In this document: in pieces, positions 28,893 through 43,180 of the stretch
Layout: the number at the start of each line of letters is the position of its first letter
How positions within the stretch are numbered: the stretch's first letter is position 1
Origin: the human T2T-CHM13v2.0 reference genome, Homo sapiens
NCBI RefSeq assembly: GCF_009914755.1
Contig: NC_060928.1
Length of the DNA stretch: 64,000 nucleotides
Strand: one strand, 5' to 3'
Made by a program: the position numbers and the translations under genes
The notes under the pieces: generated by a model
What the model was told of the DNA's origin: nothing
Seen by the model: the letters and a program-made list of their open reading frames with translations, nothing else
Databases searched by the model: none

Positions 28893-29973
28893 AAAAGGCA
28901 AGTTTAAATAGCCTCTAAAGAATTTTAATCAAATTGTGAATAATTGCTCAGAAATACTCTTTTGGGGTTGATGACACAGAAAGACAACCACAGCTTCCCA
29001 CACAAACACTCAGGACTCTTGGACAAAGCTATTACCAACCCTGGATGGCAAATTTTTACATCCATAAATAATCCTGAGCAAGCTGCTCTGTGAAAATTCC
29101 CTTTTCCTTTCGGGAGTGAGTAAGCCAAAGATGTTAATTGTGAAAATTCAGAGAAAAGTTGTAATCTGTAGGATGATGGTTTGAACATCTCAAACTTTAG
29201 CTAAAAATTAGTAGTTTATTCAGACACTTTTCCTCTACTCATCTTGAACAGTATAAAAGCCTCATGATAAAGATTCAGTTAATAATTTCCCCTGAAGAGT
29301 AAATAGCATTTGGATACATACTACTTACCATTTTTATAAGAAAGGTGTCTATAAATACCATTTTACAGAAGGATAATCCAATGCCCATAAACACTGAAAA
29401 AATTAGATCTTTTAGAAAGTCTGTAGGAATTAAGGTTAGACAAAACTTATTTTCTGTATTACTTATTCTGGCTGTAAAATAACCTCATGGGCTCTTGCAG
29501 GAGAGCTGGAAAACAAATGCTGGAGGCTATGGAAGTAGAAGGTCTGAGAAAACAATAATAGAATATTTATACTCCTGGCTACCAGACTCCTAGGAGCCTC
29601 AGCCGTGACTCCATGCCTAGGGTAGGTTGTGGTTTTGAGTAAGCTTCCTTGGGAAGGTGAGCCTAGTCTAGGGTGGATGGTAGAGCCCACCATTAAGCCT
29701 TGGGGTCTCAAAACCCAAGGATAACCTGCTGGCTGCTAGTTTGGTTTGAGCCCAGTGGAACTGATCTGAATAAAGAGTGGACTGCACCTACTAATAACTA
29801 CAATAAAGTATGATTAAGTATAAAAGTAGAGACATTTATACAATGCAACAAGAAATGCAACTCCATTTTTCTCAGATGAGGAAATCAAAGCTGAGTATCT
29901 TTTCAAGGTCACCCAGTCAACAAATGGCAGAACTAGAATTTGAACACTGTTCTGTTTTACTTATAGGTCTGTG

Positions 29974-30172
29974 GTTTTTTTTTTGTTTTTTTGTTTTTAG
30001 ACGGAATCTCGCTGTCACCCAGGCTGGAGTGCAGTGGTGCGATCTCAGCTCACTGCAGGCTCTGCCCCCCGGGGTTCATGCCATTCTCCTGCCTCAGCCT
30101 CCTGCGTAGCTGGGACTACAGGTGCTCGCCACCTCGACTGGCAAATTTTTTGTATTTTTAGTAGAGATGGGG
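29974..30172 (-). mobile_element. 5'-truncated AluY-like element
   Basis: Right arm plus linker only; TSD taggtctgtg at 29964-73 and 30173-82. Confidence 0.9.
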
Positions 30173-30240
30173 TAGGTCTGTGTTTTAAGTTAGTATGTGA
30201 CTCCACATTTCTGATAATATATGTATATGTATACATCTTT

Positions 30241-30265
30241 ACACACACACACACACACACACACA
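30241..30265. repeat. (CA)n microsatellite
   Basis: acacacac... run. Confidence 0.95.
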
Positions 30266-30353
30266 TTATTTGCAGTATGTGGTAAAAATTTAAGTGGCTC
30301 ACCACACCTGGGGGACTCCGGGATCTTTAATCTCCATCTGTGTTTAAGGAATC

Positions 30354-30866
30354 TGTACTATTTGGCTCTTGCTATGTAACAAATTATTCTAAAACTTTGT
30401 AAAAGCAATTATTGGTTGTGCTACATTTTCTGTGGGTCAGGAATCTGGGAATGGCTTATCTGGTTGCTTCTGGCTCAAGATTTCTCGTGGGCTGTAATCA
30501 AGCCATTGACCAAGATTGTGGTCTCAGAAGGAGTATGGAATGAGAGGGGGTTCTACTTCCAACACACTCATGTGGTTATTGGCAAGCCTCAATATTTCAC
30601 CACATGGCCCTCTACACAGAGTTGCTCCATAACATGGCATGAGCTTCCCATAGGGTAAGCAATCCAAGAGCAAGCAAGAACACTCCAAGACAGAAGCCAG
30701 TCTTTCATAATCTAATCTCTGAAAGTGACATATCATTGCTTCTGCCATATTCTCTTCATTAGAAGTGAGTCACTAAGTCCAGCCCTCACTCACTTGGGGA
30801 GAATTACTCGAGGGCATGAATACCAGAAAGTGCACACCACTGGGGCCATCTTGGCAGTCTACCACA
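30354..30866 (-). mobile_element. MLT1F-like MaLR LTR
   Basis: ttctgtgggtcaggaatctgggaatggc...ttagaagtgagtcactaagtccagccc...ggcagtctaccaca. Confidence 0.8.
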
Positions 30867-31349
30867 GGAGATGTTTCTAGTCTTTTTATCATCAGCCTTT
30901 TCTAAGAGCAGTTTCCTGGGCTCATCAGTACTTGTATTTAGAGTATTGTAGAATCACTATTGCAGGCTTCAGACAGAAGTCAATGCAATGTGGCATCACA
31001 TCTTATCATCCTGGGCAATCCTCACAGCTAGTGTTTCTTTCTGGTGACAGATCTGTAGGTAGTAAAGCATTCTGCTAGGATCAAGAAATCAGGTCGTTGT
31101 TATTATTAACACAGTTGTCTTTGAGAAAAGCAGAGGCATAATAATATTTATCTGTTTTCACACTAAATGAGATGTTAAAAATTTTGTATCCATGTGTTCC
31201 ATTGTATTGCTAAGAGCAAAATTTACATGAAGAAAATTGGTGCTGTGGCATGGCATAGGAGACTTGGGTCTCAGTCCGGATCCTAGCTGTGTGAACATAA
31301 TACTTAATCTCTCTGGTTCTCAGTTTCCTTATCTGTAAAATGAGGTGGT

Positions 31350-31840
<491 letters not shown>

Positions 31841-32760
31841 GAACATATTTTTCATTTAAAGATATAAACTTAGGAATGAATACTATAACATATAACATAT
31901 TCATTGCATACATTGGGAAAACATCTTTTTAAGGTGAGGCTGTTATAGGTACATGTAATATTCTTTGTCTTTCTTTAGGTGGTTTGTTTTTCCAACATTC
32001 CAATTGGTTTAGAAAAATCTACATTTCTGCTCCAAGGAAATCAATAAAGAACCATTAATGTGGAAGACACTTCTCATTTCATTTATATTTGACCCTTAGT
32101 GCTACTAGAAAAATAGAATAGGAACCACAAAATGAGAAATTTAAATGAATCTTGATGCTATCTGATAGGAATCTTTACCACTTTGGGTCATGGACTTAGT
32201 GAGAACATCTATCTAATACTTGTTAAAATTAAGTCATAAATTATGTTCATAAAGATTTTTATAAATAACCTCACACAGGGTCAATGTCAACAGAAGAAAT
32301 TAGAAAAGCAATTGAGGAGTCCTGACGAATGAGCTTGTGGGCCCTGGAATTGATGGCGTGATTGTCAGGACCCAATTTTTATCTAATAAACACGCAAATG
32401 CCATCGTTAATATTGACACAGGGAAGTTAAATGGAGATACTCTCTATGATAAAATGTCATTTTGGAAGAATTAATATGAATATCATGAGTTTAAATACAC
32501 AGAAGAGACATAAAATTGAAAATTCAGGGCCCTGTGAGCTGTGAAAGTGATAATTGGGAGGTAGCTATTTCTACAAGGTTCTATGCATTTTCTTTCTTTT
32601 TTTTTTTCTAAGTTGGTTAGATGGAAAGGATTGCTATTGCACTAATTTTAGGGAAACTATTGTCTTCATCACCAGTTTCAGGTTTCAGAGCAAGCACATC
32701 TAACCCCAAAGAAATACATTGCCATTTCTGCCTTTACATCAGCTGCAGGCCCCCTACTTC

Positions 32761-33265
32761 TGTGTTGCGGTTTGCCACAGTTGCTACTTGAGACCTTCAC
32801 TGCCACAGTTACTACTGTTACTACTTAAAACCATCAATACGAGACTGAACGAAGGGGGACGAATGTAGAAATGAAAACTTAAGACAAAAGAAGCTATTTT
32901 AAAGGAAGGGAAGTGGGGAAGAAGAGGAGAGCTCCCTGATTCTAGTGAGCAAAGGCAGCCCCTGAGCTTCCAGAGCCCTTCTTATTTATTGGGTAGCAAG
33001 AGCAGGGAGGAGGAGGTAACGATTGGTCAGCTGCTTAATTGATCACAGGTTCTCGTTATTACTAACAGGCTTCAATTATTACGCCTAATCATAAGAAACA
33101 CTTGCAACTGGGTCGTGACTGTCCTCAGCAGTCCTTCCAGGCGGCAGACGCAGTTTGTCAGTTTGCCAACATTCTGCACCCAAAAGAAACAGTTTGCTGC
33201 CCACTCATACAGCCTCCAGTGGTATACCGAGTTGATCACGACCCTCAATCCTTCTGCCTCCAACA
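32761..33265 (-). mobile_element. ERV solo LTR (~505 bp), tentatively LTR22/HML-5-like
   Basis: TG...CA termini, flanking (a)cttc TSD, minus-strand CCAAT and AATAAA; minus strand begins tgttggaggcagaaggattgagggtcgtgatcaactcggtatacc; family assignment tentative. Confidence 0.7.
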
Positions 33266-33279
33266 CTTCTGGTCCTGTA

Positions 33280-33552
33280 GGGAGGGCAGTGCACAATATA
33301 GATCCAGTGACTTATGTTTCAGGACCAAAGTTGCCTGGAATCCTGTCCAGATCACCTACTTATTGGCTCTGTGGCCTTGGGTAAGTTGCTTAACATCTTT
33401 CTGCCTTTGTTTCCTCATCTGTCAATTAGGGATAATCCTCACACATGAGATTGAAGATTAAATTAGTTGATGCATATAAAGTGCTTGTAAGACACAGCAT
33501 AGCTAACAAACGGTAAGTGTTCAATTAACTTTAGCTATTACCATTACTATTG
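33280..33552 (+). mobile_element. MIR SINE
   Basis: ctctgtggccttgggtaagttgcttaacatc...ttcctcatctgtcaattagggataatc. Confidence 0.8.
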
Positions 33553-35279
33553 CTTTTTCCTAATGCATTTGCTCACCTCAGAAGACTTCCCTTTCTTGCT
33601 GCATTTGCTGTATCTACCATGGTGCTTCCGTTTGGCTGGCTCGTGTTTTCTGGCTAGTTATCTTTCATTACTATGTGTTCTTTTTTGTGGGGTGTGTGTG
33701 TGTGTGTACTTAGAATTGAGTCTGCAGCAAGCAATTCCTGGTGCCAAACTTACTTGAAAGGGGTTTTCAATGGCGAAAATTTCTTACAGATAACAGGTAC
33801 CTGTCATACTTAATAGATAGAAGGGCTCCTGGATGTGTTTCCGGGGAGCTGGCTTACCACAGAGCTCTGTATGTAGGCCCCAAGATTCTGATAAGAGGCC
33901 ACCACCACTGATTTGGATCTTAGTATTGAAAAATTTCCAGCTTTCTCTCTGCAAGAAGGGAGTTACACTCACTTCTCTTTCTAGATTTTGCTCATGTTTT
34001 ACTGTCTTTAAAAAATGTTTCCAGAGTCGTCATCTTTCAAGTAGAATTGACCACTTTCTCTTTGGTGCTGTCACTTCATCCTACACCAACTTTAGGGACT
34101 AAAATGACATGGGACGCATGCCATTTTAGTGTAAGGTTTTGTGCCCATGTCTGATCTCCTCTACATATAATTCCCTGGAAGGCAGATATCTCCAGTGCTA
34201 AAATCAGGCCTGGCATAGAATAGGCCCTTGGAAAACACTTCTTGAGTGAGGATGAGGAGCAGGTAGGCTGCCAGGAAAATGGCTCTGTTGGTGAGGAAAC
34301 TTGATGGAGGAACATTCATTTGTTCATCCGAACTGGATCAGATTCTGTTCAGACATCATTTTTTAAGGAAGATTTCTGTGTGACTACCAAGGAAGTAATT
34401 CCCAGGAAGGATACTGTCACCTGGACTTGGCACGGCTACCTTTAACAACATTTGAGTAGGGTTATCTATCTCAAGCATAAAATCACACACGCATACACAC
34501 AGTAATGCACAGATATATAGAAGAGTATTGGGATCTGGTTTTAAATACCAAACTCATACCAACATATTCCATGGTATGCTGGACTCCTTGGCCAGGAGGT
34601 TAGTATTTCTTCTGGCCTTACTAAGGTTCTTCTTGTCTTTGGATCCCTGGGTTTTGAGTCTTAACCCATTTGGTCCCCTCTGAGTCTCATGCTAGTCCTC
34701 TGGTCTGGAAGCCTCCTTATGTCTGAACTAATATTTTCCATGTAGACAGGTCTCATCCACTTGGTCTATAGGCAATGTTGTAAATTCTTCTAGGTTTTCT
34801 AATTTGATTATGCTGAGTATAGCAACTGCATTTCAATGGTCATTGCTATTTTTATAACCAATTGTTATTACATAGTTAAGTTTTAAAAGTTAAGAGATGG
34901 CCTAGAATGCCTTCTCATATCTTCTTCATGCCTTCTGAAGTGGTTGTGATTTCAGTTGAGTATAAAGAATACCTTTCAGGTTGACTGATGGCTGCAAGAT
35001 TGTTTGCTATTCAGATGTCCTCTTTCCTCTCTGTTTTCTGTCTATCACCACAAATGTCTCCGGATAGCACTAGCTGAGGTCAAATCTGTCTGCTCAGGAG
35101 TCTGTTACAATATCTCAGTGAATATAACATATTTGGGCCCTTGTGAATTAACTGTTTCATTCCAGTCACATATGGTAATGTAGTTTCGGTACAGACTTGA
35201 TATCTAACCAAGCAACTGTCCAGTTAAGCCTTTTACTATTTGGATAGAGGGAGAAGATTAAGAGAAGAAGGTGGAAAGG

Positions 35280-35480
35280 CAGTGTGATACAATAGAAAGA
35301 GTGTGAATTAGGGTTATACGGACCTGACTTTGAATTCTAGGCCCATTTCCAAGCCATGTGATATCAGGCAAGTTATTTAACCTCTGTGAACCTTAGGTTT
35401 CTCATCAGAGATGTGGGAATAATACATAGTGCCTATTTCATATGAGTATTGTGAGTATTAAATGAGATTATACAAATTCT
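35280..35480 (+). mobile_element. MIR SINE
   Basis: catgtgatatcaggcaagttatttaacctctgtgaaccttaggtttctcatc. Confidence 0.8.
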
Positions 35481-36259
35481 ATGGAAGTCAATGTTAGCCT
35501 AAAAAATAAAACCCATCAATCATTGAGGCATTTGTCTGAATTAGATGATCAGATTCTTTCTACTCTGAGAGCAAGCTTGAATTTAAATAAGGAGAAAGTG
35601 CAAGTGGGAGAGAGGTCTAGAGACTGCAGTAAGATTGAAGAGCAGATGGGACTTTAGGACAGGGAGTACCGTAAAGGAAAGAAAAATAATGGAGCATTGC
35701 CACTTTGTCATAGACCTGGAGCTAGGCTGCTTAACTCATATTATCTCTTCCATTTTTGAAACCTTTTGAGTTACACATTCAGACAATTGTACAAATGAGA
35801 AAATTAGAGGGTCCCACAGAGAGGGGGAAGGATTTGGGCATTATGTCAAAGGGAAATGATAAAGCTTAAATGACTGAATAGAGATTGACTCTGAAGTTCA
35901 CAGGCTGAGTTGTAAACCTTTTCCAGAGAGGAAGCTGAGGGGAGTGCTGTGGTGGGATTAAGGGGTCAACCAAAACCAGCTTAATTCTCATTGTTTCAGA
36001 GACAGCAGTTCATATGGAATGACATGATAGCATTTGTTCCCCCAGGAAAAAGAGTCCATAGAAAAATTTCCACGTTTCCAAGTGTTTTAAGAGACAGATG
36101 ATTTCTTGGATGATTTAAGAGACAAGGTTTTGTTGGTTTTTAGTTTTGTACTTTCCTTTTCAAACTCGACCAAAAGGAAAATGTAAGGCCAAGATGCACT
36201 CAGACACTTGGTCCTTTTAAAATATTGCTTGAGACTAGCTCCACCACCCACCAAAATGT

Positions 36260-36600
36260 CATTGGAATTAATGAGTCCATACTGCATGCCAGGATTGTGC
36301 TAGGCCCTGGAAACACACAGTTGAGCAAGGCAGCATTGCCTTAGCCCCACGGAACTTTCACTCAAGATGAGAAGACAGGCCCTGAATAATTATGCAGGTA
36401 ACTCTAATTACAATAATGAGAAGAGCTATGGAAGAAGAGTGAAGATTATTAAGATAATAATATCAGGAAGAATAACCTACACGGCAGTGGGGAGGGATTG
36501 TCAAAAAAGCTGCTACAAGGCTGTGACATTTTAGTAGAGCCCTGAAAGGGGAGTAGAATTTATGCAGCAGAAAGGAAGAAGCTCTCCAGGCAGGATACAT
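36260..36600 (-). mobile_element. L2 LINE 3' fragment
   Basis: tactgcatgccaggattgtgctaggccctggaaacacacagttgagcaag. Confidence 0.65.
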
Positions 36601-37219
36601 ACTTGTCTGGCATCTGGCATATCGATTTCTAACCTTCTTTTTAAACTTTTTTTAATACTTGCTCATGCTTTGATTTTGGTACCAATCTCACTTTACTCTG
36701 AGCATCTTCCATTTCAGATAGAAGGTAATTGTTTCAGGCTTCAATCGGTGACTATCCTTGGCCTCTCTCCCTGGCTTTGGAACTAATTCACAACTCCTTT
36801 TATATTGCCTTCTATATGCCTCTTGATTTTTGCTTTCCTCTCTCTGCCTTGTGTTTGCACATTAAAATGAAAAGAGATTTTAGAAAAATACATTTTTCAT
36901 TTTAGAAAATGCTAGTTGTATTGGAGAGTGGTTCTCTGAGATGCAGATCAAATTTAAATTGCATCTCCTATTTGATGCAACTGCTTGTGAACATAAGAAA
37001 ATAGCATCCATTTATTAAGGAAGCCATGTGCAAATGCAGAGCATGTTTGCAAAGGCTTATTATAGCACAACAGGCAATTGCTGCCTTGTTTATTTGGTTT
37101 GTGGCTAAGTCATTACAATGCTCCTCTTCCAGAAAATAAATATATGTAGACTGAGATGTCTTTGGCAGAATAACTACTTCCATTTTATTTAAAGATAATC
37201 CAAATTTTAAAAACCATTG

Positions 37220-38125
37220 CTGCAGTGGACATTGCTTATTCTGAGCTGTCCCGCATCCATGTTACCTACTCTTAGAAACATCACCCTAACATTATTTGTA
37301 TGATTGTATTAAAGTAATGCTGACCGCTACAATGAATAAATGGTCAAACTAAGCCTAATAAAAAGTATTTCTTATATGATAGTCTAATATGCATGATCCC
37401 AGCAGGGTGGATTCTACTTACTCATTCAGAGAGCCCTGTTCCTTCCATCTGTCTTGGCTCTGCCCTCTTCCAAATTTTCAGAGTCCTTTAATTTTAGCTG
37501 GCAGATGGAAAAAATACAGAAAGGATCCCATGTGGGAGGTTGTCATAGGCAAGGCTTTCATGCCATTGGCCGGAACTCAGTCACATTACAACACTTAGCT
37601 GCAAGAGAAGCCTGGAAATGCATTCTAGTTATCTGTATGTGAGAAAAAGGAACTACTAGTCTGTGCTTTAGATATCTAACTCTTCCCTATGTTTCAGAAG
37701 ATACTAACTCCATCCAAAATATATGAAGCATGTGACTTAATCCTTACCTAATCTGGTCAGAGACTGGCACGTGACCTAAACTAGTCCAATCAAACTAGAA
37801 CTCCAGACTTCTGTTTGGCAGTTGGGTGGCATGCTCATTCCTGTTGGAGATAAACAAGAAAACACACAGTTCTATGGCAGCCATCTTGATATGCGAGACG
37901 GATGACAGTAGGTGCCTCAGAGATTGAAGCCAACACCTAGAAGTGGTTGGGTCCCAAAATGGAAACAGAGAAACCAAGTTCTGATTGTTTAGCTGTTTGG
38001 TCACACATTTCCTAAAGCCATATCTAGTGTTCCAGTCACATGAACCAATTAATTCCTGTTTTTTTTCTGTCATTTAATTCAGTTTGAATTAAAGTTCCTC
38101 TTCTTGAAAACTTGTAGTCTTGCAG
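37220..38125. mobile_element. Nested ancient MaLR LTRs (MLT1-type)
   Basis: ccattggccggaactcagtcacatt...gcaagagaagcctggaaatgcattctag (minus) inside tgacctaaactagtccaatc...gaaccaattaattcc (plus). Confidence 0.5.
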
Positions 38126-38746
38126 ATGGTGTCATAAGTGTACAATTTCTCAAAGACATTGGAAATTTGTACTATTTATGTGACTTTATTTGGGACATGG
38201 TTTAGTTGGAGAAATGGGCTGTTTCTTAATTTAAGGCATCATAGTTATATCTGATTACGCACTCACTAGTTCGACAGAGACTTTATATGGTGTGTCTATT
38301 GTGCCTTTTTAACTCCATCTGGGGCAGTTTATATTATAAACACTGAGTTCCTCACTGTCCACTTCATTGAATTCCTCCTTATTTGCAATATTGGTCATTT
38401 CACTCTTTAAACTCATATCTCTAAGTACATTGTGTTTTAAATAAAAGCTAGGTTGGAGCAAGGATCAAACTTCTCTCATGGTTGCACACATGTGGGCAAG
38501 AGCATTCAGTGCTTTTATTCAGCACTTCCCGAGGGCTACAAGTTAGTGTGATTGTACATTCAAATCTGTTTGTAAATGCCCTGGTAAAACACAAAAGTTT
38601 CCTTCAGTCCCTAGGAAATTCTGAAAGTCTTCTTTGTTACCATGACATCATACATTTCAAACTTTTTTGTTTGAAGAGTGAACAACTATCCAGAGGAGGC
38701 ATAGCTTATTTTATTAAGTAGGATATATATGTTTTAACAAAACAGA

Positions 38747-38750
<4 letters not shown>

Positions 38751-38792
<42 letters not shown>

Positions 38793-38909
38793 TGTAGAGA
38801 TGAGGTTTCTCCATGTTGCCCAGGCTGGTCTCAAACTCCTGGCTTCAAGAGATCCACCTGCTTTGTCTCCCATAGTGCTGGGATTACTGGTGTAGCCACT
38901 GTGCCCGGC
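38751..38909 (-). mobile_element. FLAM (free left Alu monomer) with (TTA)n tail
   Basis: (tta)n + gtagagatgaggtttctcc...gtgcccggc; flanks aacaaaacagatttt/aataaaatggatttt. Confidence 0.85.
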
Positions 38910-38924
38910 AATAAAATGGATTTT

Positions 38925-39600
38925 AGTTTAAGCAAAGGAGAAGTTTATTTCTCATTTACAGAGATATTTGAGCTGGCATTGTGGCTCTGAAAATTCTTCA
39001 GGGAACCAAGCTCCTTCTATTTTGTTGCCTTGTAGCCACCAGGATGTCACTGTTGTTCACAGGTCCCAAGACAGCTCACCATCAAGTCTGAGTTCCAGCC
39101 AGGTGATGATGAAGATAAGAGGAGGGAGGATTAGTTGGAATAGGCTAGATTGTGCTACAGTACTAATCATCTTCAAAATACTGATGACATGTGTTGCTCA
39201 TGTTCCATGTTTGTCATGCGTCACTGGGGGTTCTGCTTCATGTTACTCTCACTGAGGGACACCAGCTGAGGAACCTTCACCATCTGGAGGCTTTCTGGGA
39301 CCTGTAGTGGGAGAGGGAAAGCTGGGCAGTGTTGCCTTAGTGATGAAATGATTTTGCCTTCTACATGTTGGCCAGAATGGATCATATGGCCACACGTAAC
39401 TTCAAAAACTCAGAAAGTACAGTCCTCCAGCAGAATGCACATGAGCAGCTCTAATGACTACCACAGAAGGCATGTCCCTTCAAAGCACGACCTGGAAATT
39501 GAACACTTAAATTATCCTCACATGCTGTGGTCAGAACCCAGCTGCATGGTTACACTTAGCCAAAAAGGAAGCTGGTAAATGTAGTCTTCATTAGTGTTAC
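38925..39600 (-). mobile_element. Nested MLT1-type LTR fragments
   Basis: cagggaaccaagctccttctattttgttgc; gttggccagaatggatcatatggccacacgtaac; catggttacacttagccaaaaaggaagctggtaaatgtagtc. Confidence 0.5.
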
Positions 39601-40815
39601 GGTGATCATGGTTTCCAGCATTTCCTTTGAATTATTTCTTAGAGTTTCCCTCTCTCGGAGCACATTACCCACCTGTTCTTGCATTTTGTCTTACTTTTTC
39701 CTTTATGGCTCTTAGCATATTCATTGTAGTTATTTTAAGTGTTCTGATAATTCCAGAATCTCTGCCCTATCTGGGTCTGGTTGTTGCTTGCTTTGTATCT
39801 TTATACTGCATTTTTTTCTTACCTTTTAGTATAGCTTGTATTTATTTTGGTTGAAAACCGGACATGATGTATTGCGTAATAGGAACCGAGGTAAATCAGA
39901 TTTTAGTGTGAGGTTTTATGTTTATCTGGCTGATAATTTCGCTCTGTTTATTGTTTGCTCTAGCTGTAGGTGATTGAGGCTTCAATTTCCTTTTTGTCTC
40001 TCTGGTTGTCTTTGGGTTTCCCTAGGTACACCTTCTTAAATAGTGTGTTAGCCTCACAATTCTAGCTGTAATCTTCTGTTACTGTACTGGGAACTTGCTG
40101 GTGCAGTGCTGAAGCATGAGAAGAGGAAAGTGTTCTGTACCTCTGTGATTTGCTCTCAGTCTTTTAGTGGCATGTGCCCTTGGCTGTGACCTTTAGGAGT
40201 GCTTCTTTTTTTTTTTTTTTTCTTTTGGTTTTCTTATGTAGGTGAGATCGAAAGGTTAGAGAGGGGCTGGAGCTGGATATTTTTCTTCTCCCACATAAGT
40301 TAGGCTCTGATAAAGTAGTTTTCCTTAATGGCGGGTAAAGAAGAGAAAACTCTGGGTGTATTTCAAAATAGTTACTTTTCCCTTGGGCATACTTTGACAT
40401 AGTTATGTCAAAGTATGTCACCTTCCACCTGCTAGAAGCTCAAAAAGAATTTGCTCTGATCTTCACCATGAGAACTTGGTGAGGTTCCTGTAGATGCAAC
40501 TCATAAGATCCTTCCTAAGGTCAGGACCCCAGGAGATGTTAACTCTAAGTTTAGTCCACACTTGGCTTCCAGCAGTTTGTCAATTGCAGTTTAAATTTTC
40601 TTACCCATTTCTGGCTCCATTAGCTTTTTCTCCTGGTAAGCTGTGATTCTCTGTATTTTTCTGTCTCTCCAGTTTTTGTGTCATTGGTTTGCTTGTCACC
40701 CCAGTTCTCTGATTGATCTAAGAGAAGTTGTTGATTTCAGTTCAACTTTTTTTTGTGTGTGTGTGAGGACAGGAATGATGACTTCTGAGTTATTTACATG
40801 TCAAAGTGGAAATCC
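39600..40815 (-). mobile_element. Old L1M (L1MD/L1M4-type) 5'UTR/ORF1 fragment
   Basis: ttgaaaaccggacatgatgtattg...tgatcttcaccatgagaacttggtgaggttcc...gatgacttctgagttatttacatg. Confidence 0.6.
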
Positions 40816-42101
40816 ACTGTTAATGGTGTGTTTATCACTAAAGTAATGTCAACTGGTAAATATGGTCTCGTTCCTGGAAAAACAATATTTTAGCTAACAA
40901 TCTGAGTACCATTACTATGTAAGAAGATGGTGAGAATGGATACTGGGGGGCATGGCAGTCTCTGACACACCCACACTAAGGGACTCACGGTGAGAATACT
41001 GCAGAGCTTCGGTATCTGTGAAGGACCCACGAAACACCCATGAGAGGACAAATCAGCATTTGGAGTCTACTACACACAGAGAGTCCCAATGCTGGTTTAC
41101 AGCTGTGCCAGTAAAGTTAGAACTTTCTTTCTCTTCCTCGTACAGCTGCAACTCTGGAGAGCCATTGACAGTCTGAGTGGACAAGAGGAGCAGAGATGAG
41201 GCAATACAAAAGCTAACTTTGTCCTATTCTCCAGTGGGCATGTGAGAGAGGCTTTAACTCAATGATATTTGTAGTTTTAATATTATAATAGACAAAGCCT
41301 TTTATTACTGGCCTGTGACCAGAGGACAATTGAGCTACTAGAAGAGCCGTGGAAGCTGTGGCAAAGATTGCCAGGTGCATATTGACTCTCTCTTTTCTAC
41401 TTTGTGACAGACTTGGATTTTCATCTAAGCACATTGTAACCTACCTAAAAAACAAAAACAAAAACAAAACAAAAAACCCCCCAAAACCCAAAACCTTATT
41501 CTGCCTTCTTTGAAGCTAGATATGGCTGAGCCTCACATAGCTAAATTTCTGGACCATAAAGCTATAGGCAGATGTGTTGCGTCGTACTTCTGGTAGGTCT
41601 CTTTAAATATTCCTTTCCTTTCTTTTTTCTCCATCCTACTCCTTGAATGTGGATGTTGTAAGCTGGATCTCCTGCAGCCATTTTGGGGCATGATGGGGTC
41701 ACACTTTAGGTAGGGGAAGCAGTGGGCAGTCCTTTAGGAACATAACATTGCAATACCAGCCTTGGACATTTCACCCAAAGGGTGGTTTTATATAAGATAG
41801 AAATAAGCTTTCATCTCATTTAAGCCATTCAATTTTAGGGTTTCTGTTTATCCTAATAAAAAAATTCTAACTTATATAAAACCCATTCAAGATTATATGC
41901 AGGGGAGAGAAAAATAGCTCAGTGGGGGTACCACGGGGAGAGAAAAATGGTTCCATGGGGGAAGGTTTGCAGGTCTGCAGTGTTACAGAAAGAATAAACT
42001 TGATTTTTTTAGAGCTTAGCTCATTCTATGAACCAGTTACAAAATAAGAAACTCACCCCTGAACAAGGTCTTTTACACAAACCAGGAAAGAGGAGGTAAG
42101 C

Positions 42102-42556
42102 TGTGTTAGCTCAGGTCCTTTGAGAAACAGATATCAACACAGGATATTATATGCAGAGATTTTATTAGGAGAAACACCTGTATGAGGGAAAATAATGTGG
42201 GAACCGAATAAGGCTGGGACAAAAATCAGACTGCTATGCAAGTATGACTTCATGTAGAGAGAAGGGGAGAATGTTGGATGGAAGCATCCCAGATTGTCAT
42301 GAGTTGAAGAAAGCCTGGGCAAAGCCGCCAAGGAATCCTGGAGCCAAAGCCGACCCTTGGAAGAATCTTGTGTCTCCTAGAAACAAGTCTGTCTTAATAT
42401 CCCAGCCACACTCAGCTACTGACTGGGGAGCAGCCTGTGGATGGCATACCTAGGCACAAATTCTGCTGAGACTTTAAGAGCTCAGCAGCTAGAACCCTTG
42501 TCAATTATACTCCCTAAACTGGGTGATCTGTGAAGTGCATTCTCATGGCCACCACA
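42102..42556 (-). mobile_element. LTR16C-like ERVL solo LTR
   Basis: cactcagctactgactggggagcagcctgtgg...cagcagctagaacccttgtcaattatactccct...ctcatggccaccaca. Confidence 0.75.
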
Positions 42557-43084
42557 GAAAATAAGAGTAGGCATCTCCAAATGGTAGGTGCCTAGATGGA
42601 CACAGTGGGCCACTATGCAAGGGGAACAGACTCATGGTGGGGTGGCTGGGCCAGCCTACATGTAACAGGATCAGGTTTAGCCACCAAGGTTTCCTGCAGA
42701 AGGGTGAAGAAGCATATGAGTAATGTCAACTCAAGGGCCACTTCGAGCAGATGCAAAAATACCTTGATGTGGATGGAAACACAGACCGCAAGGACCTATG
42801 CAGAAATCAGATGCACTCAACATCAGCTGCAGTAAAATAAGGCTGGCTGCATTTTCTATGTCACATAAGCCACTCAAACCATCACTGGATTTACCAAGAT
42901 TTTAAATGTACAGTCAAGGATTCTATAATGGTAAAGGTAAGATGATGTATAAAAGTCATCGTAGAGATTTCTCAAAGAGTTGTATGTATAACAGTGACAA
43001 CATATGATATTAAGGGATTCAGAGATAAAATTATTTTAATAGTTATAAATTTATTTTTAGGATTTCATGGTTATCTATTTTGTT

Positions 43085-43180
43085 ACATGGTGATTTAAAA
43101 TTTTTAATTTAAATTTAAAATTGTGTTAAAATTTCAATTAAATTTTAAAATTGTGTTAACTTTCAATTAAATTTTAAATG
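43085..43180. repeat. AT-rich tandem duplication (~30-bp unit)
   Basis: aaaattgtgttaa(aa/c)tttcaattaaatttt repeated twice. Confidence 0.75.
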
